In this document: positions 1-12,859 of the stretch, in pieces
Layout of the letters: each line of letters starts with the position of its first letter
Position numbering within the stretch: the first letter of the stretch is position 1
NCBI RefSeq assembly: GCF_003918875.1
Contig: NW_025767034.1
Span: 1-64,000, forward strand
DNA from: Haliotis rubra
Lineage: Eukaryota
Length of the DNA stretch: 64,000 nt
Direction of reading: 5' to 3'
Made by a program: the position numbers and the translations under genes
The notes under the pieces: generated by a model
What the model was told of the DNA's origin: nothing
Seen by the model: only the letters and a program-made list of their open reading frames with translations
Database searches by the model: none

Positions 1-25
1 ATGTTTGGGGTTCTGTTTTTAATTC

Positions 26-27
<2 letters not shown>

Positions 28-63
<36 letters not shown>
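28..63. repeat. Poly(T) run, possibly the poly(A) tail of a minus-strand retro-insertion
   Basis: About 35 consecutive T. Confidence 0.8.
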
Positions 64-67
<4 letters not shown>

Positions 68-2195
68 AATGGCTTAATCTCACCACATGAAGGGATGATG
101 TAAATCAGCTGGGGTCCATGCAGGTAACAAAAGTAATGTAAGCCTATGGTCCCTAGTAGGGTGAATCTACCTTCAGTTGCTTGTGATCTATGGCGAACAT
201 ATTCTGTATCACCAGGCCGAGTTGACAAATATAAAACGTGTTTCAGTTGTTTTACTACTATCGGCCCATGAATAGATTTTAATAATATAACATTATAAAT
301 TATTCAGAGTATGATATGTTTGAGTCACGATAAACAAGCAGATAGGAATTTAATGATGGCCCAGCCAGAAGTGTCCACATAGCGTTACCTGACAAGTGAT
401 ATTTTGGAAGTAATAGGATCCCATGATGTTTTGATCTCCCTGTCACGACTATCCATTTTATGATTATATGAATCCATGCATTATTATCAGATCCTATGAG
501 CTGTAATACACACGTAGTTATGGGGCTAACACTGCGACAGACAAGAGCTTAGCGTCAGTAGATATCTGTACAGGTTTCCTCAAACCACAGGAATTAAAGG
601 TATTCGTTAGAGGTGTAGATATATCAGCAACTTTAAAGAGAGACGGAGCAAAGTGCTTGGTCCTCGCAGATTAACTTCTTAGAGGACGCAAGCATTATTG
701 GGACTCATAAAGAACCGGATTAGGAACTGGTTTTCAGCAGCCCATATGGATTTGTCATAAGAAGGCGACTAGCTTAGGGATCAGCAGGTGAAGTAGGACT
801 CGCTGGCTTGGATTTGACACATGTCATTTATATCCCAATTACGTAGATCGAATGCTCTTTACGTTGATCAATACGATTATCTGGTCGAGACTTGATTGAG
901 TTGGAAACAGTCATATTGGAATACTGGAATACTGCTCAGTACGCGGCGCGTTGCACAACCAACCAACCAACATAACGTGTACGCTGAGACGGTCTTCAGT
1001 TATGATTAGAAGTCCACTCATGCGCGTGACTGCCTGACTACAGACAAAAAATTTCTGCATTACACACAGAAACGCGATGCATATTTTTTTCAGAAAAGTA
1101 AGTTCATTACTTTCTGAAAGCTTATTCATCCTAGAAGCAGAAATATACATGTACGCTTTCAAAGCGCACGCACGAACACACCTGTTGTTATTGTGTGGAA
1201 ACATATTTACTTTATTCAAAACTGCGCGAAAGCCATCTCGCATAGGAAGTGACTGGGTTAGCTTGAGTTATTAATGGGGAGGTAACCGACGCCTGACTTA
1301 ATTGTTCAGTCAAAACATGCCTCGTATTACCTGGACTCTCTAGAGTATACATAATACGTATAAGCAGCGTTTATCGCAGCGTTTTAAAACCGTTCTTCTT
1401 TACGGCAGAAGGGATATAATACATTAATACCGTATTATGAATAACAATATCGTGTCAGTTCTATATTATTTCGTGGATAGTAAAACCATTGGAAATCACG
1501 ACTGAGAGAGGTGTCCCTTCCATTGATGTAAAAACAAAGCGCCTGGGAGGTTCATAGTTTTCAGTTTGCTGTCATGTTAGTTGGTTTTGACCACAATTTT
1601 CTCTTATGTGCAGATTTTCACAGAAACACTATTTTAATACTTTCTCAAAAGATTCCTCGTCACAGACAACACCATCGGAAATGGGGCTGAGGGACCACTT
1701 TACCAAAAGCGTTATTTCTGGCTAATTCAGCTTCAGCGGTGGTTTAAAAGGAGAATTAGTTGTGGTTCAGGGACATCAATAGATGTCTCTAGTTACTTGA
1801 GGGATAATACAACGGTGTCCATAGCCATTAGTCGTGACACCATCGCAGCAATCCATCGTTTCGTATCCATGGGGACAAGGATGTTTTGTTTAATGTTATC
1901 CCGTAGATCCTGCATGCACGTGTATAATCAGGGCGACAATCACAAATTTCAGATATGCCCCTGAGACACCAATTCAGCACTACCTCTTGTGAATTTCTTA
2001 TGTAATCACGGTATGGTTAACCAAAGAATTGTACAGAGTATGACTTGGTATTGTATTTTAGCTGGTACACCCGTAAAAGAATTATGACGAAATGAAATTA
2101 TCGAAGGTTGAGGCAGAGAGCGTAGATTACAATTTTTAATTGAATTCTAATTTGTTTCCTTTAAGGTTTTCTTAATATGATACATATTCACGCAC

Positions 2196-2272
2196 AGCCA
2201 CACACACACACACAGAGAGACATATATATATATATATATATATATTAGCATGGCCCTAGATGTGTGTGTGTC

Positions 2273-2339
<67 letters not shown>
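2196..2339. repeat. Compound (CA)n/(TA)n microsatellite
   Basis: Direct reading; further TA/TG runs at 2800-3000. Confidence 0.95.
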
Positions 2340-2788
2340 TAGGGCTGCGCAATGTAAGCGGTTTACCGGTATTTACCAGTTCAGGGCCATGAAACCTTGA
2401 TACGTATTGTGTGCGATATGGTGATCGGAAGGCCATATTTTGACATGCATTCGGAAGAACTGCATAACCTTTCGAAATGTTTTAGGATATTTCCGATTTT
2501 TGGATATTCTTTTCCCTGTTTCATTCATTTTAAATGTTGCTTTTATTTTGCTTACATTTTTTTATTTTGTCATGATTACAGAGTTTTTTATAAAGGTGAA
2601 ATCCAATCATAAAAAGTTTATTTGTGTATAAGCTTTATAATAGAAAGGCATTAACTCGATTATAAATGGATTTTGTTAAAAAATAATCCTTGCAATATAT
2701 ATTGCATTACATGTCATACGCAATGTATATGCTTCCAGTATCGCATTATATCGCATGCATAGACATTCTCATGCAATACCCATCCCTA
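2340..2788. mobile_element. Possible hAT-type MITE
   Basis: TAGGG...CCCTA termini (tagggctgcgcaat / caatacccatcccta); flanks acacacac / acacactg resemble an 8-bp TSD; inserted in a microsatellite. Confidence 0.5.
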
Positions 2789-3889
2789 ACACACTGGAGC
2801 ATATATATATATATATATAATGACCACACAGAAGATTAAGATTAAATTTATAATGTGTTCCCTTAAAGGGTTCATAGCTTAATACCATACATATTTCCAC
2901 ACAAACAGACAGTATACATATATATATATATATATATGTGTGTATATATATATATATGTGATAGTATGTGTGTCTATCTATATATATATGTGTGTGTATA
3001 TTATCTTGCCATCATGTTGCATTCGAGTAATCTTTATTGAGAGCAGTAGTGTGGTGCTAGATCGATGGAAATATCTTTTTACCACAATATTCATTCGTAA
3101 TCTCGACTTTTGATTATTGCAGAATGGGATGTAAGGGAAGCTTCTGGGTGCATACATATATATTTAGCATAACGTTTATCTACCAAGCTGAGTAAAAGCA
3201 ACGACAATCTCACTTATCCATAAATAAAAGACAATAACAAGGCCATGTATTTGAACCCATTTTTACTTGCATATATGTTGGTACAGAAAACGTTTATCTA
3301 CGTCTACGTCTCAGTCATCAACAATACTGTTTCCCTCTGTTTTATTTTATTATTCATAACCTTTACTTTATGTTGCAGCAAAATATCACAAAGGGAGGAT
3401 GAGCAGGATCTTTATCTTAGGACAAATGACATTTTTCGTCCTGACCTGGAAACAAGATTGGAAGCAGTCTCTTTGAAATCCGAGAAGATACTTTGTTGAG
3501 AAAGGTAACTAAGTCATTGTAAAACTTAGTAGATCATTGCAGCGTAGACTATAAAGTGCCTTCAGCAGTTAGGAAGGCAAACCATAAAGCATGTAGCAAT
3601 GTCTTGCTCATGTTGATTTATCTTTGAAACCATTTGCGAATGGGTTTTAGTCAACTATTCTGATTAGCTAAGGCATATTGCCCTAAAGCCTTCCATATTG
3701 CCTTTCAGCTACCCAATTACATCAGCTTCCATGTCAGGTTTGCCCAAATTGAAGCATTTCTGTCCCTTCTGATTCCTTTGTGTTATACTCGTGTCGAAGC
3801 AGTGTCCCAAAATTGACACAGGACTATCCTATGTGTAACAGCCCATACCTCCATCGAGATGTATCATTTTGATTAATTTTATTTTCCAG

Positions 3890-4680
3890 ATTGCCAAATT
3901 TTTGCGCCAACAAAACTAAGGACCCTTTAGCACAAGTGAAGAACGACTCATCGAACACATAGAAAATCATGCATACGACTTTGTTTTGAACCTCTCACCA
4001 TTGAAGTGGTAGATTTTCCAAACCCAAAGGCTGGACCATGTTTTTGTGTTCTTGTCCCATTCGTTATCAGTTGCGTTAGATTTCTGCACATCACCCCGAC
4101 CAAGCCACATTGTATGTGATGTATTCCTGGCTCTGCCTACACAGTCTGTGATAGTTTTGTCACTGGTTGATGGGGATGAATACTGTCCCGAAGCAGTGAC
4201 ATACAGTATGTCAGTGGCGAGGAGGGTGATAGAGACACTTAGCAGGTTCACTGATGAGGGATATCAACTCAATCCATGAGGTCATTCCCATTTCTCTCCT
4301 TGAGGACGCTGTTGGATTTAAGAATCGATTAAAGAAGCTGGCAAATGGAGTCTTCTCATTTTGTCACAAACGATTCTTTGGTAATGACTCCCAGTAGGTA
4401 TGAGAAAGTCCTGACTGCTTTCTGGGCTGGTGTTGCTGAAACAAGAAGTCGGTGCTAAAAGAAGAAAGTGGAGACACCGATAGCGACTTATCTTAGATTT
4501 CTCACCCAAAGAACAATGTATCATTCTGGTGGAGAACATAAACAGTAAGGACGTCGAGGTCAAGTGTATGCCTGGTAGTGGAGCCACGACTCTATTTGCT
4601 GGAGGTGGCTGGGAGACTAGACAGACTAGGGGGACTCTGCTGCTTGTATGTAGGTCACGAAAGGAGAGGGACAGGCTCAG
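3890..4680 (+). CDS. Schlafen-like gene, main exon copy 1: SWADL/linker domain plus N-terminal part of a degenerate SF1-type helicase (frameshifted as assembled)
   Basis: ttttccag / gtttat; stitched translation FLSHSLSVALDFCTSPRPSHIVCDVFLALPTQSVIVLSLVDGDEYCPEAVTYSMSVARRVIETL ... YLRFLTKEQCIILVENINSKDVEVKCMPGSGATTLLLEVARRL..LLVCRS parallels SLFN11-type FSRSWAVDL..VICDALLIAQNSTPILYTI..DYCTRTAFTLKQKL and LLTAQQYEIF..LFVHGLPGSGKT..ILYVCEN. Confidence 0.7.
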
Positions 4681-4902
4681 GTTTATTGATTTAGTCAGTG
4701 GATGTAGTTAGGTGTTATTGCCATTGTCAGCATTGGTAGTCATATCCAGTCACGAATTAACAAATGTTATAACCCAAAATATCAATTTCGTAAGTGTGTC
4801 CTCAGGGAAGAGACCTCTCTGCTTTAATAGGCCTCAACATTTTGAGACGGGTTTGCTTGAGACCCACCTGTGCTTAAGTTATTATTACAAACCCTATTTC
4901 AG

Positions 4903-5038
4903 GTCGGTGTACCCATCAGCTGTAGCAGCAGAGGGATCTCAGTATGGTGGACATGTCGTCCTGCGTGAAAAATATAGTCGATGGAAACCAACACAGTCAT
5001 GGCACAAACAAGCGGACAACATTGGCGATTTACTACCT
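4903..5038 (+). CDS. Schlafen-like gene, next exon copy 1 (Walker B region, degenerate)
   Basis: tttcag / gtgagt; SVYPSAVAAE..SMVDMSSCVKNIVDGN; duplicated at 7381-7514. Confidence 0.5.
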
Positions 5039-6375
5039 GTGAGTATATTTACATATTCGTAGAGACTCTGAATAGACAGTGCTCCAGTACTGGGTAATAA
5101 AATAAAAGACTCTCTATTTGTTAGTTAAAGCACGCTGCTATGTCAGGTCATAAAGGATGTTATTTGATAGATGCGAGAGAGAGAGCGAGAGAAAACAGCA
5201 CTGGGTTAGAATATCCACAGTAGTTCTTATGTACTGGTGATGCAAAATGAATAATCATTTTGTATACAGCGAAGACATTTTAGTTTGTTAAAGAGACTTG
5301 GACTTTCTTCACTTCAGATCCAACTGCTGCCAAAGAACTGAAGTCCCAAATGATGAGGTAGAAATGATAATGTACACTTCTGTAATGATAAGCTCCTCAT
5401 GTGAGGGTTTAGAGATGCTTCTTACCACATAAAACAGTTTACACATTTTATTTCATTTTCTCGACAGAGTCAAGTGATCGTTTTCGAAAGTATATGAAAG
5501 AGTGGTGGTTTCTGGCAATGGGACAAGTACAATTTTTTCATGAGTTTGCCTCTGGGTCAGGAATAGCTACACGCATAGGCATTGAGATCCACAACATATC
5601 ATGTAAAAGTTCCACGTCTACTTCTTCTTAATCCACTTTTAACATCTTTTTATATGTATTTGAACATAGTTTACCTGCATATATATTTGGTACAGCGTTT
5701 ATCTATAAAGCTGCTAAAGGCAAAACACCATCTCATATGCATAAATAAAGACAATCCACAAGTACATTAATGTTTCCCTGAAGAACTGAAAGCTGTTGAA
5801 CGTCTCGGTCATCAACAATACTGTTTCCCTCTGTTTTATTTAATATTCATAACCTTTACTTTATGTTGCAGCAAAATATCACAAAGGAGGATGAGCAGGA
5901 TCTTTATCTTGGGACTAAAATGACATTTTTCGTCCTGACCTGAAACAGATTGGAAACAGTCTCTTTGAAATCCGAAGATACTTTGTTGAGAAGGGTAACT
6001 AAGTCATTGTAAAACTTAGTAGATCATTGACGTAGACTATAGAAATGCCTTCAACAGTTGAAGCAAACCATAAAGCATGTAGCAATGTCTTGCTCATGTT
6101 GATTTATACTGAAACCATTTGCGAATGGGTTTTAGTCAACTATTCTGATTAGCTAAGGCGTATTGCCCCTAAAGCCTTACCATATTGCCTTTCAGCTACC
6201 CAATTACATCAGCTTCCATGTCAGGTTTGCCCAAATTGAAGCATTTCTGTCCCTTTACGATTCCTTTGTGTTATACTCGTGTCGAAGCAGTGTCACAAAA
6301 TTGACACAGGACTATCCTATGTGTAACGGCCATACCTCCATCAGGATGTATTATTTGATTAATTATATTTTCCAG

Positions 6376-7170
6376 ATGGCCAGAATTTTGCACCAACAAA
6401 ACTAAGGACCCTTTAGCACAAATTAGAAAAGAACGACTCATCAAGACACATAGAAAATCATGCATACGACTTTTTGTTTTTGAACCCTCTCACCAATGAA
6501 GTGGTAGATTTTCCAAACCCAAAGGCTGGACCATGTTTTGTGTTCTTGTCCCATTCGTTATCAGTTGCGTTAGATTTCTGCACATCACCCCGACCAAGCC
6601 ACATTGTATGTGATGTATTCCTGGCTCTGCCTACACAGTCTGTGATAGTTTTGTCACTGGTTGATGGGGATGAATACTGTCCCGAAACAGTGACATACAG
6701 TATATCAGTGGCGAGGAAGGGTGATAGAGACACTTAGCAGGTTCACTGATGAGGATATCAACTCAATCCATGGAGTCATTCCCATTTCTCTCCTTGAGGA
6801 CGCTGTTGGATTTAGAATCGATTAAAGAAGCTGCTTAAATGAGTCTTCTCATTTTGTCACAAACAATTCTTTAGTAGCCTTGACTCCCAGTAGGTATGAA
6901 AGTCCTGACTGCTTTCTGGGCTGGTGTTGCTGAAACAGAAGTCAGTGCTAAAAAGAAGAAAGTGGAGACACCGATAGCGACTATCTTAGATTTCTCACCA
7001 AAGAACAATGTATCATTCTGGTGGAGAACATAAACAGTAAGGACGTCGAGGTCAAGTGTATGCCTGGTGGTGGAGCCACGACTCTGTTGTTGGAGGTGGC
7101 TAGGAGACTGAACAGACTGGGGGACACTCTGCTTGTATGTAGGTCACGAAAGGGAGGGACGGAGGCTCAG
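6376..7170 (+). CDS. Schlafen-like gene, main exon copy 2 (tandem duplicate)
   Basis: Near-identical to 3890-4680 with the same splice sites; Walker A region reads CMPGGGATT. Confidence 0.7.
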
Positions 7171-7380
7171 GTTTGTTAGGATTTAGTCAGTGGATGTAGT
7201 TAGGTGTTATTGCCATTTGTCAACATTGGTAGTCGTATCCAGTCACAGATTAACAAATGTTATACCCCAAATGAACATCGTAAATGTGTCCTCAGGAAGA
7301 ACCTCTACTTTAATAGGCCTCAACATTTGAACGATTGCTTGAAACCTGTAGCTTAAGTTGTGTACAAACCCTGTTTCCAG

Positions 7381-7514
7381 GTCAGTGTGCCCATCAGCTG
7401 TAGCAGCAGAGGATCTCAGTATGGTGGACATGTCGTCCTGCGTCAGATATAGTCGATGGAAACCAACACGGTCATGGCACAAACAAGCGGCCAACATTGG
7501 CGGTTTTAGAACCA
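7381..7514 (+). CDS. Schlafen-like gene, next exon copy 2
   Basis: ttccag / gtgagt; SVCPSAVAAEDLSMVDMSSC... Confidence 0.5.
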
Positions 7515-8259
7515 GTGAGTATATTTACATATTCGTAGAACTCTGAATAGACAGTGCTCGGTACTTGGTAATAAAATACAAGACTCTTTCTTTGTTACAC
7601 ACACTAACATGTCAGGTCATAAAAGGATGTTTATTCTGATAGATTCCGGAGAGAACGAGAACAAACAACACTGGGTTAGAAAATCCACAGTAGTTCTTAT
7701 GTACTGGTGATACAAAAACAATCATGTCGTATGGAACAAAATCCCATTTTAGTTTGTTAAAGACTTGGACTTTCTTCACTTCAGATCAACTGCTTTATCA
7801 AAGAACTGAAGTCCCAAATGTTGGAGGTAGAATGGTAATGTACACTTCTGAAAATAAGTTCCTGGTGTCAGGGTTTTGAGAGATGCTTCTTACTACATAA
7901 ACAAATAAATGCATCCAAACATGCCAACAGCATAATATTTCTCAAATGAGTCCTCAGTTTGCCACCATATGGGGTTTGAATACATTTCCCCAAACTACCT
8001 TTCATTTTCAAAAGATGAACCATATTAATTTGAATACTGGTCTCATGAAGAGACTCACCTCATGATTACTAGTCCACATACGCTAGCATTCCAACCAAAC
8101 CAGACTTCTGTAGAAATTTCATCTCATTCCAATAATTGATTCGCTGTCAGGAAAGGTTAAAATGGAAGGATTAAAATGTTCCATCAATGTGAAGTTGTAT
8201 TGTTCCAGATCTCAGGTGATTCATTATAAACAAAGCTTTCATTTATTCTATTTAAACAG

Positions 8260-11200
8260 GAAGTCGAAGGGATGGAGAAACAAATAGATGTATGTTATCT
8301 AATGGTAAGTGTTCATAATAAACCAGCTTTTAATGATGTGAATAACGGATCTTGTGCAAATAACAGCCTCAATAAACATAATGGTAAGATTTTTAGTAAA
8401 AAGTATACATTCATGAGTTAGTGTAGGGTGATTATTACACTTCTATTTTTAACAATGTTACAGAATCTTGGAAGGAACAGATTGAACAAATCCTCAGGGA
8501 CTTCAGTGTGCTGAGAAATATTGAGAGTTTCAAACTGGGATCAACTTGGGACCTATGTCCTATATAAGGATTCCTTGAGGAGTTTACTGACATTTGTTGA
8601 TTTTGTTTAAGTTCTATTCTACATATAACCATACGTTGTTTTGTTTACTGGTGTAATCTTAAAAGTGAGTGGGACCAAAATCCTGTCCATTTTGGTCCAT
8701 TTATAGAAGCTCTACCGTTACTTTGTTACTTTACATTTACAACCTTGTTTCCAAACATGGACATAATGCACACATATTAGCAAAGATATGGCTGTGTGAT
8801 AACGTATACCAAATAGTGATTATTGTGTATTTATACCACTTTGACACATTGTGTAGGCTCATGAAGTACGCCATACTCTGGAATACAAAAGCCAAAGCCC
8901 CTCACAGCAAGCAAAGTTCAGTATGAGATGTGAGTAGTTGCAGTCAAATCTGGAACGATTATTTTAGATGAATGTGATAATTTGTTACTTATTTACTCTT
9001 ATTCACTTCAGCTTTGGGTGGTTTCAAGCAACTATCTGCTACACAAGAGGCTTGGCTGTCAGACTTGCATGACGGACTAACACAGAGGAAAAATCTTGTG
9101 TCCCGCTTCTCAGATCGGTAAGAAATTGCCAGAGAGCTTGTATATGAATCGCACACAAAGTAGTGACTAACAATCAAGGCCTGATGATGAAAGACCAGTG
9201 TGAGTAATCTATGTATTTTGTTTCAGGTCATAATCCAAGATAAAACGGAACAGATCTGTCAAGACGTTAAAATGTTCTCTTGAGAGAAGGTTTGTTGTGT
9301 TGGTAAATAAGACCAGATGATCACCATACGCCTCTAACACTCTGTAGCCAAATAAATGCTGTCGGATTTGATAGTGTCCCTCCATCATTTCACCTGTCCA
9401 ACTTCCATTCTTGACCATCGATCCAGTGTCTCTTATAACACAGAAGCTTTGTCAACCTTCATCTCTCCATTCAGTTCTCCATCCATGTTTCGGGGCGATT
9501 GGGTAGCCTTGTGGTTAAAGCGTTCGCTCATCACGCCGAAGGCCAGGTTCGATTTCCCACATAGGAACTATATGTGAAGCCATTTTTGTGTCCCCTGCCA
9601 TGATATTGCTGGAATATTGCTAAAAGCGGCATAAAACCAAACTCACTCACTCCACACCCATCCATTTTCTTCTCTTTATCCGCTCTCCAGCTACCCAATT
9701 CTGTGCCTCACTGCCATGCTAATCATCTCTCATTCTGCCTCCGTCATCTTCCCATGCACCTGCTCTTTATCTTTCCATTCACCATCTGTATCTAGTTATT
9801 TATCTACCTATTATATATTGTACCAAAGGAAATGAAATGAGAGTTCAGATATTGACATATTTAGAAAGCAATGTGTAGTACAGCAGCTGTAAAACATTTT
9901 CACAATATCTGATTCTTAATTATAGTTTCTGTTTTGTTCTTTTGATCTTTCAGCTTTGGGGATAACAGAAGCATACAGAATCAGAAACAAACCGTTGCTA
10001 TGGTATTGAAGTGGTGACACACATTGTAGCACTCGAGGTATTCTTGAAGATCAAATTATCTAATTATCTCGAGAATCAATCCTGTGCCAATATCATAAGG
10101 ATTGAAGAAGTTGTAGTGATCAGTTCCACAGGAATGTCCGTTCACTTAGGATTCCACTTGTTACTTCAAGATCAAGGGGAGGTAACTTGTCATTTCTATT
10201 CTAGGTTGGCCATGTTCAAAGTCAGACATTCAACAACAAATGGGTAAGTTGCAAGTTGTGTTTGTGTTTCTTAGTTTGGGCAGGATTCAAAATGGATTTA
10301 TCATGACTGCACGTTGCTCTCAATTCACCCCTCTCAATCTTGGATGAAGTTAGTTTCAACAAAATCTTTGTTTTGCTTGTTCCAGAGATGTTCCACATTG
10401 AATCAGAGAATGCAGGAATGGAATCTAATATCCCAGTACGTACCTTACTAAAACCCTACCTTCCTAGTAGGGTTGCAGCCCTAATTATCTGCTTTCATAT
10501 TTAATATTATGTTTTGATTGCTCCATATTTAGGAAAGATGTATGTTATCTTTAACTGAAGTCTGTCAAGATAAGAATTATAGAAAGCTGACATATCAACT
10601 AATACCATTGAATATAAAACCAGTCACAGATCACATTACTGTATACATTTCAGCGGGTATGGAAGGAAGGTGGCCAGATAAAACGATATGGAAACTGAGG
10701 TTCAGAACACTGATGGAAAAGATCCACCAGAGGCCGTAAGTATCTATGAGTGTCCTTCAGGTTAGTTCTGCTTGTCCAGTAGTACATTGAGCAATAACAA
10801 CTGTATCTAGTTTGAAGATGAAATGCTGCAGGATGTTTCCTGTGCAGCAGGTTGCTTCCTATAATTTGTGTCTGCAAATTTCGGTACAGTAATTAGGTCA
10901 TTCACTATTGAAGGTTACCCTGAACAGGTTTATTGTATCTTCTTTGAGGAGGCATTTTTAGAGTTGTAAAGATGAAAGGAAAACCAAGTTCTGTGGATAA
11001 GTCAACTTCTTTATTACAATAAATGCCACGTCGTCTCGGAGTAGATACTAACACCGTTACCAAACAAATTGATACAAGGAGTTGAAACAATGAGAGAGTA
11101 TACATAGCTGCATAGTGAGTATATACAATTGACAATCATGATGTACATTACTGGGGATTACTAATTAGTGATTTGAGCAGAGCTGGTTGATATACAGAGT

Positions 11201-12236
11201 GATTGGTTTGTGATACAGATTGAGATACATATGCAGAGTGAGTTTATACAATTGATGAGGTAGATGTACACTGAGATGGTTTATCATACCTATAGTTGAT
11301 GTTTGTTTGCAGGCTGGGACGAGATCAAACACTTAATCAAGAACTGGACAACGTACTGAAGGTAAAGACTTTTCTAATTGTTTATGATTTCACAACAGTT
11401 AACACACTGGACCCACACACTGTATGCATGAAAACATTCATAATCATTAATTAATTGTAATACTCATTACTTTCGTTTTGTTGTAGATATATATATTGGG
11501 TCCTATTGCTATTTACATATTTTTTTGTTTCAGGACAGGGGATCGTAGAAAAGGACAACTGCGCAAATTATACACGGGTGTGTAATCAGTTTCTAGAAAC
11601 AGTTAAATGTAACTGAATATCCCATACAGAATTACCACCACTATCACTGTCACTATTACTGCTACCACTATTGCCCTAGGAGACAATGACTCATTTCTGA
11701 TGACGCATTATTTATGGAAAAGTACATTACGTGATGCATCATATACACACTATATACAATTTTGTTCTTCAGTGGGTGGCAGGCTGTGATGGAATACCTG
11801 GCCAACCACAAGGCGGACTTATCTATGCTAGACATAGAGATACCAGGGTTTCAAGTCGTTGAGTACTGTCTATGTAGACTGACAGTGAATTACTAATATT
11901 TTCTAGAAAATGACGCAGTTTTATTTGAATTAGTTGACAATAAAAGCAAGTGTATTGCGTGCAAATGCGTGCGTGTGTGTGTGGGTTATAATCCACGTCT
12001 GAATCATGACATTAAGCCTGTACCCTAAGAAATTTGAATTCAAATATAAGATTTGTCAGCATGGAAACACTAGCCTTGTGCCTCTGACAACTGTTTCAGG
12101 GTTTACCAGGCAGACAACCTTCAACCTTCCCAGGACGTGTCACCTCAGTGCAAGGTACATCAGCGGTATCAACAGTAGGTCACGAGAAGAGATTGGGGAA
12201 CAGTTCGGGCCTTCAAAGGAAAAGGAGAAGACTTGA
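8260..12236 (+). CDS. Series of small plus-strand exons, probably the C-terminal extension of the Schlafen-like gene (about 8260-8304, 8464-, 9012-9117, 9954-10244, 10387-10434, 10654-10736, 11313-11361, 11773-11846, 12100-12236)
   Basis: Polypyrimidine-AG and GTRAG boundaries enclosing open frames, e.g. EVEGMEKQIDVCYLM, LGGFKQLSATQEAWLSDLHDGLTQRKNLVSRFSD, GMEGRWPDKTIWKLRFRTLMEKIHQR, LGRDQTLNQELDNVLK, GWQAVMEYLANHKADLSMLDIEIP; some exons contain stops or indels; no family recognised. Confidence 0.45.
9492..9652 (+). mobile_element. tRNA(Asp-like)-derived SINE, family A
   Basis: A box tagccttgtgg, B box ggttcgatttcc, 3' gatattgctggaatattgctaaaagcggc, (ACTC)n tail. Confidence 0.85.
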
Positions 12237-12859
12237 TGTAAAGTATGACGAGCATTGTTTCTGTCGACACTCTTTCATAATCAGTTGCAAAGGTGAATAC
12301 CATGTGTTCTTATCATGAGTTGAGAACATGAAATGTACTAAAGCTCTGTACATATCCAACTCCATGCTGATATTGGGAAGCATTTATAAAGGCCTTTCAG
12401 GATTTACCCTTGCAGTCATATCAGTATCCGCCAGCCCTTACACCATGTAAAATCACTTCATTAATATTTTCCACTTGATACTTGTTATTTGTTTGTCCAC
12501 TGTGGTCTGGTAGAAATACACACGATGCATTGGTAGCGGCTTTTAGAATGTACGCTGTCGTTTAATCCGTGTATTCATCTCTAAACAACATAGTTAGAAA
12601 ACATAATCATATTATGCATGTGTCCAATGAACACCTTGAAACGCCCTCTTTGATTTGATTCCGTGTTATAAAATTAGTCCACAGGCTAGACTATGTAAAA
12701 TCCAAGGGCAGCAAGACATCAGAGTGAAACATTAGGAACTTCTAACATGTACTTGTCTATCACTTTTCATACAACAGATTATCAGGTTCAAGAACACATC
12801 ACAAATCTGACAACACAAATAATGCTGGTCAGGACCAAGGTAAGATCCAACGCCAGCAT

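Larger units (their letters stand above)
3165..7905. repeat. Tandem segmental duplication, two copies of about 2.3-2.5 kb (about 3165-5435 and 5650-7905)
   Basis: Collinear near-identity of exons and introns, e.g. gtcatcaacaatactgtttccctctg at about 3314 and 5808, and gagatgcttcttac at about 5412 and 7880. Confidence 0.95.

Noticed and set aside
25-228. Poly-Lys ORF, and similar IY, HT and poly-His/Asp ORFs at 2147, 15897 and 47580
   Set aside because: Translations of homopolymers and microsatellites.
3967-4251. Minus-strand ORFs in the duplicated region (3967-4251, 6458-6733)
   Set aside because: Antisense shadows of the plus-strand Schlafen-like exon; the splice signals and motifs are on the plus strand.
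9175-9200. Hammerhead ribozyme cores (CTGATGA at about 9181, 11697 and 24111)
   Set aside because: No correctly placed GAAA with flanking stems could be formed.
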